Counted from the stretch's first letter, positions 14,746-30,700 are shown. The stretch is DNA of 64,000 nucleotides from Eledone cirrhosa (GCA_964016885.1 OZ024752.1:49538001-49602000); one strand, 5' to 3'. Program-made: numbers and translations. The notes: generated by a model from the letters alone, not told the origin.

Positions 14746-14944
14746 AATAATTACAATAATGATAATAATAATAATGCTTTCTTTATGAGCCACACAGGGT
14801 TCACATTAAGGAAACATTAAAGATGGTAGAGGACGATACAGTGTGGGTTTTTCTTTGTGTAAAATAAAATTTACAACAGAGTCTAAGATAATAATAATGG
14901 TTTCATTTATTGGCTTCAAGCGCTGACATATAGATAATAATAAT

Positions 14945-15125
14945 TGTTTCTACTTTAGGCACAAGGCCAGCAATTACCCAGTGCATTACTGGTACTTTAT
15001 TTTATCGACCCCGTAAGGATGAAAGGCAAAGTCAACCTCGGCGGGATTTGAACTCAGATCATAACGGGAGGTAACTATGCTGGAAAGCATGGCGTCCGAC
15101 CCTCTACCAATACTGCCAATCCACC
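14945..15125 (-). mobile_element. SINE family A, short-tail variant, with 17-bp target-site duplication
   Basis: Full-length reverse-complement copy. ATATAGATAATAATAAT occurs at 14928-14944 and 15126-15142. Confidence 0.92.
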
Positions 15126-15479
15126 ATATAGATAATAATAATATTAATAATTACGATTACCATTGCTGTTACCACTAACATCCCTAAGCTTGGGATTTTA
15201 AGGAACAAGGTTTCTAAACGAAAACATACCCTGAAAGAAAACAAAACAAAAATGAAAAATTTACAAGCAGTTGAACCCTGTTTGTGGCATCACAATCATA
15301 TCTTCTGGTTCTAGCTGAATGCACATTCTGCCAAAATAGTTAGATGCAGTTGAGGGAATGCATTGAACCATGATTTGTCGGATATGAGCATCAACCCATT
15401 ATATTCTGGTTGATATTTTTATTTTTATTTTTATTTTTATTTTTTATTTAAAGTTATACATATGTATAGTGAGTGCACT

Positions 15480-15510
<31 letters not shown>

Positions 15511-15689
15511 CATATATATATACATTCACACACATACCTTTACTCACACACACATACAAACACACATATATATGTACTTACATATTAATGGATACTAAAA
15601 GATTTAGCCACCACAACTTCAAAGACAAAAGCTTACAACATTTTTTTTTCTAACCTACTATATCTATGTGCACTGACATATATTAAACA

Positions 15690-15702
15690 TATATATATAT
15701 AT

Positions 15703-15751
<49 letters not shown>

Positions 15752-15831
15752 CATACATTTATATATATATTTATATGTATATATATATATGTGACTATAT
15801 ATATATATATACATACATACATTTATATATA

Positions 15832-15875
<44 letters not shown>

Positions 15876-15913
15876 ACTATATATATATACATACATACAT
15901 ACATTTATATATA

Positions 15914-15957
<44 letters not shown>

Positions 15958-16017
15958 ACTATATATATATATATATATATATATACATACATACATTTAT
16001 ATATATATTTATATGTA

Positions 16018-16059
<42 letters not shown>

Positions 16060-16425
16060 TAAATGTGAATATACAGGCATACAGAGGCACATATATATGT
16101 ATATATATAAACATATACTTGTGTTTAGATACTTATATATAGATACTACATATTTTCATGGTTATCCAGTCAATTATTTGTAAAATTTAAATCAGGTGTC
16201 CTCTACTTTGATAACATCCAGCTGGAAATATTTGGTGAAATCTCATTTTCACTTCATGATCAAAACTAATTCTGACTGATAATCTCTTAATGTGCCTGTC
16301 TTTAACATGTGTGTATGTATGTATGTATGTATGGATGTGTGTGTGTGTCTGCGTATAGCATAAATATATATATACATATATATCTATATAATGTATATAT
16401 ATACATATATATATGTATATATATG

Positions 16426-16456
<31 letters not shown>

Positions 16457-16488
16457 TACATATATATCTATATAATGTATATATATAT

Positions 16489-16558
<70 letters not shown>

Positions 16559-16638
16559 TATACATATATATATATCTATATAATATATATATACATATAT
16601 ATATATCTATATAATATATATATACATATATATATATC

Positions 16639-16678
<40 letters not shown>

Positions 16679-17322
16679 TATACATATATCTATATAATAT
16701 ATATATACATATATATATATCTATATAATATATATATACATATATATATATCTATATAATATATATATACATATATATATATCTATATAATATATATATA
16801 CATATATATATATATATCTATATAATATATATATACATATATATATATATATCTATATAATATATATATACATATATATATATCTATATAATATATATAT
16901 ACATATATATATATCTATATAATATATATATACATATATATATATCTATATAATATATATATACATATATATATATCTATATAATATATATACATATATA
17001 TACATATAAAATTTATATATATATATATATATATAAAATTTATATATATATATATATATAAAATTGATATATATATATATACTGAAATAGGCCAACAATT
17101 CTTAGTTCTCTTATTGTTTCTTATAATTTTTTCCATTCCTTTCCTTCTTCTTCCTTCAAGTTACTTATTTCTTCTTTCTTTTATAAGAAATTCTTGCACC
17201 ACTGCCATAAAAAATCCAAAATCATTAAAAATTACTTTAAAAAAAACGAAATATATGCACCCACGTGTATATATATATATATGTATATATGTATGTATAT
17301 ATATGTGTGTGTATATATGTGG

Positions 17323-17367
<45 letters not shown>

Positions 17368-17910
17368 GGTGTGTATATCTATATATATATGTGTATATCT
17401 ATATATATGTATGTGTATATATATATATGTGTATATGTAAGTGTATATCTATATATATATATATATGTGTGTATATGTATGTGTATATCTCTATATATAT
17501 GTGTATATGTATGTGTATATCTCTATATATATGTGTATATGTATGTGTATATCTATATATATATATATGTGTATATGTATGTGTATATCTCTATATATAT
17601 ATATGTGTATATGTATGTGTATATCTATATATATATATATATATATATGTGTATATGTATGTGTATATCTATGTGTATATGTATGTGTATATCTCTCTCT
17701 ATATATATGTGTGTGTATGTATGTGTATATCTATATATATGTGTGTATATGTATATGTGTATATGTGTATATATACATGTGTATATGTATATGTGTGTGC
17801 ATGTGTATATCTATATATATATGTGCATATATATACATAAACATATATACATAAACATATATATATACATACACATATACATATATATATATATATATAC
17901 ATATATACAA
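15690..17910. repeat. Compound (TA)/(TG) microsatellite blocks with higher-order units
   Basis: Repeating units such as GTGAC(TA)nCATACATACATT and CTATATAA(TA)nCA(TA)n. Confidence 0.85.
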
Positions 17911-18279
17911 TGATGTCCTTGTTAGCTGTAAATGTTTTAGCACAACATGACCTGCTTCACCAGTTGTTTGCTACTACGGTCGGACACCATGGTTCTAATA
18001 TACTCTTTTGCTGTCTAGTGTGCCTTTAGGATCTATCAGAAGTTTCTAATAATCCATGTCCATAGTTGATAATTCTCCCCTTGGGCAGCAGCATCTATTC
18101 CACCCCTCCTCCATCACCATTTGCAATCCTTCTTCTCTGTCCCTTTCTCCATCCTCCACCTTTTGGCTGGCCGGACCTTCTTCTTTTTCATCTCTCTCTG
18201 TCTTTCTGTCTTTCTGTCTTTCTCCCCCTCTCTCTCATGCATCCACACATACCTTACCTTAATAGACACGCAAAATCAC

Positions 18280-18715
18280 ACAACAACCTTAACAACAACA
18301 ACCACCACTACTACTACTACCACAACCACCACTACTACCACAACAACCACTACCACAGCAACCACCACTACCACCACTAACACAACAACCACTAACACCA
18401 CCACCACAACTACCACTACCACAGCAACCACCACTAACACATCAACCACTAACACCACCACCACCACAACAACAGCTACAACTACTACCACCACCACAAC
18501 TATTTCTACCACCACCACTACAACCACTACCACTACTAGAACAACCACTACCACCACCACAACTATTTCTACCACCACTACTAGAACAACCACTACCACC
18601 ACCACAACTATTACTACCACCACCACTACAACCACTACCACTACTAGAACAACCACTACCACCACCACTACTACCACTACCACAACAACTACTACCACCA
18701 CCACAACTCCGGCCA
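18280..18715. repeat. (ACC/ACT/ACA)n trinucleotide tract
   Basis: Directly visible; source of the poly-Thr and poly-Val pseudo-ORFs. Confidence 0.9.
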
Positions 18716-18874
18716 CAAGTGCTCTGACTGACTGTAGTGTTGCAAATAGCTCATTTTAAATTGTTGTGCTCTTCATTGTATATTTGTGAGTGAGTGAGAG
18801 TGTGTGTGTATAATGTTTATGTGTGTGTATATTTATGTATATATAATATAATGAATATAATGAATATATATATG

Positions 18875-18943
<69 letters not shown>

Positions 18944-19060
18944 GTATGTATATATATATATGTATGTATGTTTATATATGTATGTATGTTTATATATGTA
19001 TGTATGTTTATATATATATGTATGTATGTTTATATATATATGTATATATATATATATGTT

Positions 19061-19091
<31 letters not shown>

Positions 19092-19222
19092 GTTTATATA
19101 TATATATGTATGTATGTTTATATATATATATGTATGTATGTTTATATATATATGTATGTATCTATGTATATGTATGTATATGTATATATATGTATATATA
19201 TATATATATATGTATATATATG

Positions 19223-19253
<31 letters not shown>

Positions 19254-19881
19254 GTATATATATATATATATGTATATATATGTATATATATGTATATATA
19301 TATATGTATATATATATGTGTATGTATATATATATGTATATGTATATATATATGTATATATGTATATGTATATATATATGTATATATGTATATGTATATA
19401 TATATGTATATATATGTATATATATAGGTATACTAGTGTTCATTTTCTGTTACTCGAGTTTAAGAGTTTGAATAACCTGGATCGAGGATTGTTTCAGCAT
19501 ATATAATATATATAATATAATATATATATAATATATATAATATATATATATATGTATACATATATATATATATTATAAATTCATTATATTGTATACATAT
19601 ATATCTAGTATATAACATGTATATATAATATTAATATTTATATATTCTTCACCTATATATACACACACATACAATTAAATATACATATAGATTAGATTGA
19701 TAGATAAACCTCTGTGCATCTTAAACCCAGAAAATATTTTATTTACCAAGAAATGTGTCTAGAAAAAAAGGTTACCATCTTTTTTTTTTTTGGTCTATTT
19801 TTTTAAGTTTCCTTTTTTATTTCTTTTAAATATTTTTTTTTTTATTTCAAACCCTTTTGTATCTTTATGTTATATATAATG

Positions 19882-19961
19882 CATGGTGTCCCCCAAAAAT
19901 GTATACACACTTTCATTACCTGTACAGGCAATATTTTATACATGTTTTAGGGGACACCCTG
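19882..19961. mobile_element. 80-bp Tc1/mariner-type MITE
   Basis: Left CATGGTGTCCCCCAAAAATGTATA versus right TATACATGTTTTAGGGGACACCCTG followed by TA; ~24-bp imperfect TIRs. Confidence 0.7.
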
Positions 19962-20007
19962 TATTTTGATTTCAATTATTTCATATCCCACCTCATTATT
20001 ATATTTA

Positions 20008-20133
20008 TTTTGGCACTCGGCCAGCAATTATCCTAGTGTATCACTGGTACTTTATCCATCCTTACGGGGTCGATAAAATAAAGTAGCAGTAATGCACTGG
20101 GATAATTGCTGGCCTTGTGCTAAAAGTAGAAAC
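20008..20133. mobile_element. Rearranged SINE family A 3' half forming a fold-back
   Basis: 20008-20055 is the reverse complement of 20078-20125 (about 41/48 matches). Both arms are family A 3' sequence. Confidence 0.8.
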
Positions 20134-20697
20134 AATTATTGTATTTATATACCCATATACTAAATTTCACTGAAAAATGTTTATATATTGTCTTATGCAG
20201 GAGTTGCAGAGATGATAGAATATAGAATCTTTTTTCTTTTTGTGGGGAGGTGCATACTTGTATTTTTATTTTCTTAGTTATACTATCACCTCTTCTCTCT
20301 CTCTCTCTCTCTGTTTTTTGTGACTAACAGTATTAATTTGTTTTATTTTGCACTCCATCTTTTAATTTTTTTTATTTGTATTTTGTATTTTTATTTTTTA
20401 TTTTTTTATTTTTTAGATAATTCTTTCTTCTAATTTGTTATAGAGAAGTGCACACATCTTCAATTCCTGTTCGTTTGGTATACCTGAATGACAATCACAT
20501 TAGTGAACTATTGTTCTGACTCTTCCAATTTTTATTTTATTTCTTCAAGACAACTCACATGTATCAGTAGAATCTTTTTTTTTTGTTGTTGTGTGGCTTT
20601 GTTTTTATGTCTTTATCTCTATTTTTTTTTGTAATTGAATTGATTATTTTTTCTCATCTCGCCATATATATATGTATATATATATATATATATATAC

Positions 20698-20741
<44 letters not shown>

Positions 20742-20875
20742 GTATATACATATATATATATGTATATGTATATACATATATATATATGTATATATATATA
20801 TACATATATATATATGTATATATATATACATATATATATATGTATATATATATATGTATATACATATATATACAT

Positions 20876-20916
<41 letters not shown>

Positions 20917-20922
20917 CATATT

Positions 20923-20953
<31 letters not shown>

Positions 20954-20976
20954 ATATATATATATTCATACATATT

Positions 20977-21032
<56 letters not shown>

Positions 21033-21033
21033 C

Positions 21034-21078
<45 letters not shown>

Positions 21079-21432
21079 CATAAATATATATATATTTATA
21101 TATATATATATGTATATACATAAATATATATATATTTATATATATATATATGTAAATACATAAATATATATTTATATACATATATATATATATATATACA
21201 TACATATATTTATATATATGTATATATGAATATGTATATACATACATATATATATATAATATATATATATACATATGTATATATATACACACATATATGT
21301 ATGTACATATATATATATATACACATATGTATGTACATACATATATATATATATATACATATACATACATACATATATATATATACACATATATGTATGT
21401 ACATACATATATATATATATATATATATACAT

Positions 21433-21478
<46 letters not shown>

Positions 21479-22509
21479 GTGTGTGTGTTTTAATTTTTTT
21501 CAGTTTCTGGGTTTTAAATTTTTTTTTAATTTTATATTTTTAGCAAAATCAGTAAATATGGTACTTGTTCCTGCTGTCTGATTTCTATGTTAGATATTAG
21601 TCTATTTATTTAAGTTATTAAAAAAAATGAAATTTTTTTTTTTTTTATATAAAATTCAGAATTCTCCATTTACAAGACATGGTGTGGATTTTTACCAAAT
21701 CGATCATTAATAAATAGAATTAATAGATTTCTTAGCGAATTCAATAGTCTTCCCCAACCTTTAATTTCTTCCTTATTGCACTTAAAAACGCTGATATTGT
21801 TTAATTAATTAAGTTTCAAAGAAAAGGTTTATTTATTGTTTTTATCTTTTGGTTTTTTTGTGCCAGTAGACCTGTCAACTATTATAAAGAAATTAAAATG
21901 AATTTTGTTCATATATATATATATCAATATATATATATACAGAGGGAAGTTTTTGTGTTGATTTATCTAGATATAAGCAGTAATTTGTTATGTAATACAA
22001 ATGAGGTATGACAGACTTTATTTCAAAAAAGCCAGTGAATAAAGCTCCTGTAAATGTATACATACATGTTTTGGACATAATACATGTATGTATAAATACA
22101 CGCATACACACATATAGATATATAAATATATATATAATGTATGTGTATAGAGAATGAATAAAATGTAGAATATTCAATGAGATTTTAAAAAAATGAGTAT
22201 TCAACATTTGTGATCGTGTATGGATATATATCGATATCATTGAAATTTCTACTCTGAATTTCTCATGAAAAAATGTATTTGATGACCATTCATGTCTGCA
22301 AGAAACTCAGAGTGACAAAGCAGAGAAAATTTTAATTTCCTATACATAAATATACATCAATATATATATACAAATATATATATATATAATGCATAGATTC
22401 CTCTTACACATTTACTGCGTAATGATGTACATATTTATTCAAAATATGTTATTTCAGTGAGAGGAATTTAGAGGCAAATAAAGAATTATTGCAAACACTT
22501 CAGAAACAT

Positions 22510-22548
<39 letters not shown>

Positions 22549-24194
22549 TTTCAAAAATATATTTTTTAAAATCCCTTACTTAAAACGAATCTTTCAACCA
22601 TTTTAAAAATTACACCAAGTTTTGAGTTATGGAGAAAAAAATTGTAACGTTATTGTCATTTTCAGTGACATTTAAGCAAAACAAAACCATCATGTGACTA
22701 ATTAGCCTTGCTTTACCTTTTTCATTTACAAATTACCTGTAAATGAACTGAGCCGAAAAGTTGAGGAATTAGCACACCTGTTATATTTTAGTAGCTAGCA
22801 CACATTATTTGGTGATATTTTTAGCTACTACATTTTTTTTTCTATTATTCATTCATACATCTATTATATTATCATCTACATTTGCCTACAGTATTATACA
22901 GTGCTGTTTCTGATGCATTATTTTGAATTTATTTCATCTCTTATGATTGTGCAATGCGCTTGAGTTATTTTACAGTGAACTATTGCCTGGTTGTGGTCTT
23001 GTCAACTAGTTTGAAACGACAATATGTTTATTACATTACTGCTGACAATATTTTTAAATGTTCAAAAAGAAGAAAAAAAAAAAGAAAACATCTTTGACAA
23101 ATTATAAAGTATCGAATAAAATAAATAAATGAATACGATTGGGAATGAAATAAAAAAAACATTTTTTTTTTTTTTTACGACAAATTACGAAGGAACACTG
23201 TCTTATAAATCGCAGATCCTGTCATTTTTTCACAGAAGAAAAATAAAGAAAAGAATGCAAAGAACTAAAATAATTGAATATGTAAAATAATAATCAAATT
23301 TTGAGGAAAATGTTTTTAAAAAAAATCTACCCCCTATTCCAAATAAAGTGACCATCAAAAAACTTCCAAAATGGAAGGAAAGCAAAGGAAGAAAAAAAAA
23401 CGAAGAAACATTAAGAAAATAAAAAACATAAAAGGAAGCAATGTTTAAAATATCTTTAAAGAGTGCAGTAATATTGTTTGAAGCAAAGTTTGACGTGTTT
23501 TGTGGAAACAAGAACTTTCGGCGGCACTCTGCGATTGATGGTAAATGAAATGCATTTTATGTGCATTTTCATCAACATTTCTTAACAATAACACATACAT
23601 ACATACATATATACATACATACTTACATACATGTATATAAATAAACATACATATATATGAATATAATGGACCAACCAAAGAGGAATCAACCTGCTTTAAA
23701 AAAGAAAAAAAAAGACATTGTTGAACCAGTCCTTGTGAATGAATAAATTTTCAATCACAAAGGTCAAATATTTTTACATTTGAAATTCCCTGGGTATTTA
23801 TTGATTGTGAATTTCATCACTTTATTTCAGAAAGTGTATTTTTTTTTTCTGCTGTATATTGCAATTTTCCCCCCTCTCCAACCACCACCACCACCACCAC
23901 CACAACACCACCACCATCACCATTATCACTACTGTCATCACCATCAAAACCACTTACCCACCCACCCCTATCCCGCATCTGCAAACAACAACAACAACAA
24001 CAACAACAACGGTTACAACAAACAACAACATATTTCAAGTATAGCTTGATATATATATATACTCTTTTAGTGAGTCAAATTTGTTGAATGTTTTACAAAT
24101 GTTGATAGATTCTAGTATGGTAGCTTTTGGCTGGTAGTGTTTTAGTGACTGAAAGAAAGGAAAAAAAAAACAACTTGATCACCAAAATATACGA

Positions 24195-24225
<31 letters not shown>

Positions 24226-24236
24226 CATTATTATTA

Positions 24237-24267
<31 letters not shown>

Positions 24268-25028
24268 TTTTTCTGTTTGTTTAAAATTGTGATTGTGTTG
24301 TATGCTGGTTATTGTCACTGGTTATTTTCGTTATTTATTAATTTTTTTTTTTGTGTAGCTAGTGTTCATTATTATAACCCCACCACCACTACCCACCACC
24401 CATCGTTAATATATACTCTTCTCTCTACCACCACTACCACCATCAGTAATCATTACCTAGACACACAAACACACACACATTAAATTAAACCTTGTCCTTT
24501 CACATTATATAGCATATAATTTCAGTAAAATTCTAAAACATATATATGACTAATTATTTAAAGACATTGTAAATCCCATCAAAATGAAAACCAAACCCAA
24601 CCCACCCATACCTTTTGAAGTAAAACAAAATTAAACCCCCAAATCACCCATATTTCACTCTTTGTCCCACCAAGTTGATAAAGCCAAAGAAATTTGTTCA
24701 GTCTAACATTTTTTAATATTCCTTTTTTTTTTTTTTAAAAAAGTGACTGTTGAATGCGAGAACTGTCTTCCTACCCTAAGTCTTTGGATTGTAAAATGTA
24801 TTTAGAATATATTTCTCCTGACTTATGCCACCCTTCCTCAAAAAATTACACTAGTCAATACAATAATTTTTTTTTATCCCCTTTTCATCCCTCCCATTTT
24901 TGTTTCTAGGTAAAAACATGAAAAATATATATTTAACATCCATTAAACGCCAATGTAAATAGACCTGTTTGTAAATGTTAGGTTTCTTTCTTACAACACA
25001 CACACACACATATACACACATATATATC

Positions 25029-25071
<43 letters not shown>

Positions 25072-25418
25072 ATGTAGGTCTGTGTTTATTTCTTTGTTTA
25101 GGGGACAGTTTGTTCTTGGCAGTTACTGTCTGCTGTACAGTTTAAAAAAATAAAAACTTAACATTATTTTTTAGCAACACATAAAGAAAAATACCAATGT
25201 TTTAGGAGTCAACATTGCTGTTATACCTGTGTGTATGTATATATATATATGTATATATATATGTATATATATATGTATATATGTGTGTATATATGTATGT
25301 ATGAGTGGTCATGGTTTGTATTTATTATTATATAAGATTCTAACTGCCTCTCCAGCTATAGTGGTAACACTGCATGGCATAAGAGGGAGCACTTTAAGAG
25401 GTCTTTTGTGAATGACTG

Positions 25419-25457
<39 letters not shown>

Positions 25458-26599
25458 ATTTTTAAATACATATACATATCTTTCTGAATATATTTGTGCT
25501 GCTGTGGCTAACTGGGCCATCAAATAATAGAAATATATATATATATGTATACCTATTCATATAAATATTTATATGTATATGCATATAAATATAAACATAT
25601 ATATATATATAAAATCTTATGTATGTATTCCCATACATATATAATTATACATAAACATATACATGTATATATGTGAATGTATGTGTGTGTGTGTACATAG
25701 ATATTACTTTTCCATCTATTGAAGTTTGTTAAGCAATATTAATTAGTTTTTTTGTTTTGTTTGGTGTTTTTCCCAACAGTTTAAGTATATTTTTTCTGTG
25801 ACTATTTCTTAAGGAAATGAAAGTGATGTAAGACTATGTTGTTGTGATGTAAGGAGAAGTAAAAATCTAATGTATCAGATAGGGGAAAAGCCCTGCAGTG
25901 AAGGAATAAAAACCAGGGACCCATGTTGGAAATGTTCGGTTTTTCTTCTCTTTGTCACATGCTAACATATCATGTTTTAGTTGTTTCTATCTTGATACTA
26001 ATACCAAGTAAATCATAGAAAATATAGTGGACATAGTCAATCAACAGCTAAAGTCTAAAGTTGATTTTTTTTTCCCTTTATTTTTCTCTTTATCTTCTCC
26101 AGCGTTTGTTATTGTATGTTAGCGTCCTTTATAGTACTTTCTCAAAATTGTCTTCGTTTGCTATTAGAGACATATTCATTGATTGGTGATAACTGATACA
26201 TATATATATGTATATATATGTATATATATACTCAATGTAGTCTTGTGAGTTGATGATTGTGTATCTATGTAGTTGTTACCTTATTTTAAATATAATATTC
26301 ACAGCCACAGCAGTACAAGTTTTTTTTTAATTTAATTTATTATTATTTTAATTTTTTTGTCAGTAAATATTAACTGTATGATGTAAGGCCTTTTAGAAAA
26401 GAAAAAAAAAACAACCTTTTTGTGTCCTTGTGTGACTTGAAGGAAATATGCCCTTTAACCTAAGTGCCCTAGGTTTTAGGGGGAAAATTAATCAGTGATT
26501 GATTAACTTTGAAGAAAAAATAAGCAAACAAGAAAAGGTGAAAAAATTTAAGAAGCGAAAATATTTTTTTTATATATGATTACTTCTATGTTGATGTGT

Positions 26600-26660
26600 A
26601 TAATTGTGTGTGTGTGTGTGCATGTATGTGATGTGTAATTATATATATATATATATACAT

Positions 26661-26712
<52 letters not shown>

Positions 26713-26768
26713 TTGTATATGTATATGTATATATATATATGTATGTATATGTATATATATATATGTAT

Positions 26769-26809
<41 letters not shown>

Positions 26810-27034
26810 CATATATATACAGTAAGCTTACAATATATATAAATATGTATTATATATGTATGTATGTATTTATATATGTATACTTATGTGTATGTAACAC
26901 TATATGTTTATACATTTACATATATATATATTATATTTATGTGTATTTATATACAAGTATATATATATATTTATTTATACATATGTGTATATGTATGTAT
27001 ATTTATATGTATATGAATGTATATGTATATGTAT

Positions 27035-27066
<32 letters not shown>

Positions 27067-27277
27067 GTATATATATATGTATATGTATATATATATGTAT
27101 ATGTATATATATATGTATATGTATATATGTATATATATATATGTATATGTATATATGTATATGTATATATGTATATGTATATATATGTATATATATGTAT
27201 ATGTATATATATGTATATATATGTATATGTATATATATGTATATGTATATATATATGTATATATATATGTATATATG

Positions 27278-27310
<33 letters not shown>

Positions 27311-27311
27311 G

Positions 27312-27342
<31 letters not shown>

Positions 27343-27351
27343 GTATATATG

Positions 27352-27398
<47 letters not shown>

Positions 27399-27505
27399 AT
27401 GTATATGTATATATATGTGTATATATATATATATGTGTATATATATATAATGTATATATATATAATGTATATATATATAATGTATATATATATATGTATA
27501 TATAC

Positions 27506-27536
<31 letters not shown>

Positions 27537-27633
27537 CATATATATACATACATATATATATATACATACATATATATATATACATACATATATATATATA
27601 CATACATATATATATATACATACATATATATAC

Positions 27634-27664
<31 letters not shown>

Positions 27665-27706
27665 CATACATATATACATATATAAATATACATACATATA
27701 TGTACA

Positions 27707-27778
<72 letters not shown>

Positions 27779-27780
27779 CA
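26600..27780. repeat. (TA)/(TATG)/(TACA) compound microsatellite
   Basis: Directly visible. Similar blocks at 18800-19430, 20670-21480, 34600-34940, 41000-41420, 42140-42510 and 55500-56450. Confidence 0.9.
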
Positions 27781-30700
27781 CACCAAAGAGTGAGATTTCC
27801 ATTTTGTCCACCTTTGAATAGTTTTGGCCAGAGAAGACGGATTGGCCAAATCGCTGCTAGTCCTACCGTAGTGCCTTTATCGTTGAGATAATCTTGAGTT
27901 CGTATCATGACAGGTCTGAAGGAGAGTTGTGCACTTAAGAAATACACCTAGACATGTTTCGAGCTCTGATCAGTTGTGATCAGTTGGTTGCAAATGACTG
28001 CCTTGTAGGGTAATAGACCTTTGGATGAAGGAGAGCTCTAGGAGATAACTGTGCATGTTTCATTATTTGGATAGTAGTGAAAAGAAATGGCATTACTTGT
28101 TTTCTTACTTATTTATTTTTTCTCCTCTGCATCTGATATGCAGACCCCATCCCCCACTTTTTTTTTTTTTTTTTTTTTTTCTTTACATTCCATTGCTTGT
28201 TATTGTTGATTTGTTTTACTGATCCGATCATGAAATTGATAAAATTTGCAGGTTAAAAGAGATGATGTAACATCTATTTAGCCATAGTTACAGTGCACGA
28301 GGGAAATAGTATTCTTCGTAATGGTGATTAACAGGTGACAATGAACAATGAATAAACCTGATAGCCACTATAACTATGACACAGAAATCATATATGAAAC
28401 ATTCTTGTGAGAGTTTCTATTTTTTCGTATAAGAAAAATAAGATATTGCGAAAAGCAAAAAGTGAAAAAAAATTACATAAAAAATATATATACCCCCAAA
28501 GATATGATAATAATTTTACAAAAGCCTGTGACATTACACAGTAAGACATTTTCTTTATTTTAAAATAGCGGCTGCTTGTTTTTGTTTTTGTTTTCGTTTT
28601 TTCTTTCATTCTCTTTATTCTATCATTTTGTAAAGTCCTGCTCACCTTACACTATTTTTTTTAGTAAATGTGAATCTGATTTCTCTTATTTTCTCATTAT
28701 CAACTTCTATATTAGTTTTATTAGTTTTAGAACTTAAAGAACATTTGACTTCTTGTTCTTGGTGTAAATCTGTCAAACCCTATCAGTCATTAAATATATT
28801 AAGACAGGATTGGGTTGAATAAAATTGTCCAGATTAATATCAAGAAAAAAATATATTTTGATTATAGTCTAAAATCAAAGAAGGTTCTATTTAAGCTGTA
28901 CTATAAATAAAGCTATAGATAAATATTGTTATAGAAAGTTCTAGTCAAGCTGTAGCATAAATATTGTTATAGAAGGTTCTATCTAAGCTGTAGTATAAAT
29001 ATATAGTGTTAAAGATTCTTAATTGAATCTCTTATGGTTAAATGTAAAATAATATTGTTCAGACAGGAAAATATTTTTCATGTTTTGAATAAGAATTATT
29101 TCTCAAATTGAAAATTAAAATAACTTAACTATGGATATACACTAAAAAAATCACTAGAAAATCGATATTTATTGAGTGGTGATACAAATATAATTTAACT
29201 GAAATTACTAAAAACTGTCAATAACCTGAAGAAGAATTATTCAAATTTTGATACTCCAACATCACCAGTCTCTAATGGTTTGGACTATTAAGAAAATAAA
29301 TTCCCAAGGGGGTACTACAGTATGGCTATGGTTTGACCCAATGGTTTGGGTCTGTAACATTAGACCCATGCTAATTATTCTTTGATATTTCTTCTATAGT
29401 ATCAATAGAATCAAACTTGATGAAGATAGTTTGTTCTAAGATAATCTCTAATTTTCTATTCATCTCCTTCGACTTGTCATCAGTATACATCATTGAAAGG
29501 AGTTACAGAATAGAAACTGAATTACATAATATAGTCTCCAGTTTTAAGTAACAATGAATAAATAAAAATGTTTAGTTTTTAATCACTCTATCGTTATTAT
29601 AAAGCAAGTTTGTGAAACTTTCTTTTACATAAGCTTATTTCAGTTTTTATAAGGACCAAAGAAGATTCTAAGATAATCTTAAATCAATGTAATTTTGACA
29701 GAGCCCCATCACAACTATTAATGTTTAATTTATTCCATTTTATGTTTTTCCATTTAGTTTAGACAGTTTGATGTGGCTGAGTTTCTGGCTGCTAAGTCTT
29801 ATGTCTAACCTAGTAATAATAATAATCATTTTAGTTTTAATATATTCATTCTGGATTTTGGTGGATTCTTAGTTGTTTCTTTTTGCTGGAATCAGTTTTA
29901 AGGAATAACCCATTTAAACTGTCATTTCATTGTAGATATATCACTTTTACATAAAAATCGACAACAGAGTGAACAGTGCCAAAGTTTGAAACCTGAAAGC
30001 ACAGAGTCCGAATCCTGTCAGCGAATTTGTATTCCAAAATGGCTGGGAAGATTTAAGCCATTGTGGGAAGGTTTGCTAGATGGATAAAGAACCCTGAGGC
30101 ATTCTAGGCCCCATTACTTTATTTCTTCATCTTTTCAAACTTTTATATAGACAGTACACCAATTCCATCACTTCGAAAGATACCATACAAAACTATCCAT
30201 TTGTAGGCCTGTTATATTTCACCCTCAATAATAGACAATACAACCAATAGAATACAAAGCAGTGATATAAAACTGAATTTGTGTCGAAGCTGCTGGTTTA
30301 TAATATGTTAAGTAATATATCTAAGGTCACCATATATTAATTTATTTGTTTAGTATTATGTCATTTAAATATTATTGGACCCATAACAGTTTTAATAATT
30401 AGTAACTATTCTTAGTTTTAGTGAACTTTAAAGAACTGAAGAATATTAGAATGGTCAGTGCTGGAAATTGTTACATAAAGAGCAGAGTAGTGCAATATTT
30501 AGAATAAACCGTTTCAAAAGCAAAGATTACAAGCGTGAACCTTTGTATATTTGTCTTGATTTAAAAAGAGACAAACGTTAGTATTATAATAAACATGAGT
30601 GGTATTAAAAACATGATAAATTCTAATTCCATTGAATTGAAGTTTCCAAATTAATGTTAACCACACCTGTCAAAAAAACCCTCCAAAATCATATAAGGAA

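Noticed and set aside
1645-26500. Very long 3' UTR with a defined poly(A) site
   Set aside because: AATAAA and UTR-like motifs are too frequent in this AT-rich DNA to locate an end without RNA data.
27781-28050. GC-richer island with a minus-strand frame (..[12 protein letters not shown]..)
   Set aside because: No convincing motif or splice sites. Possibly an old TE remnant, but I cannot assign it.
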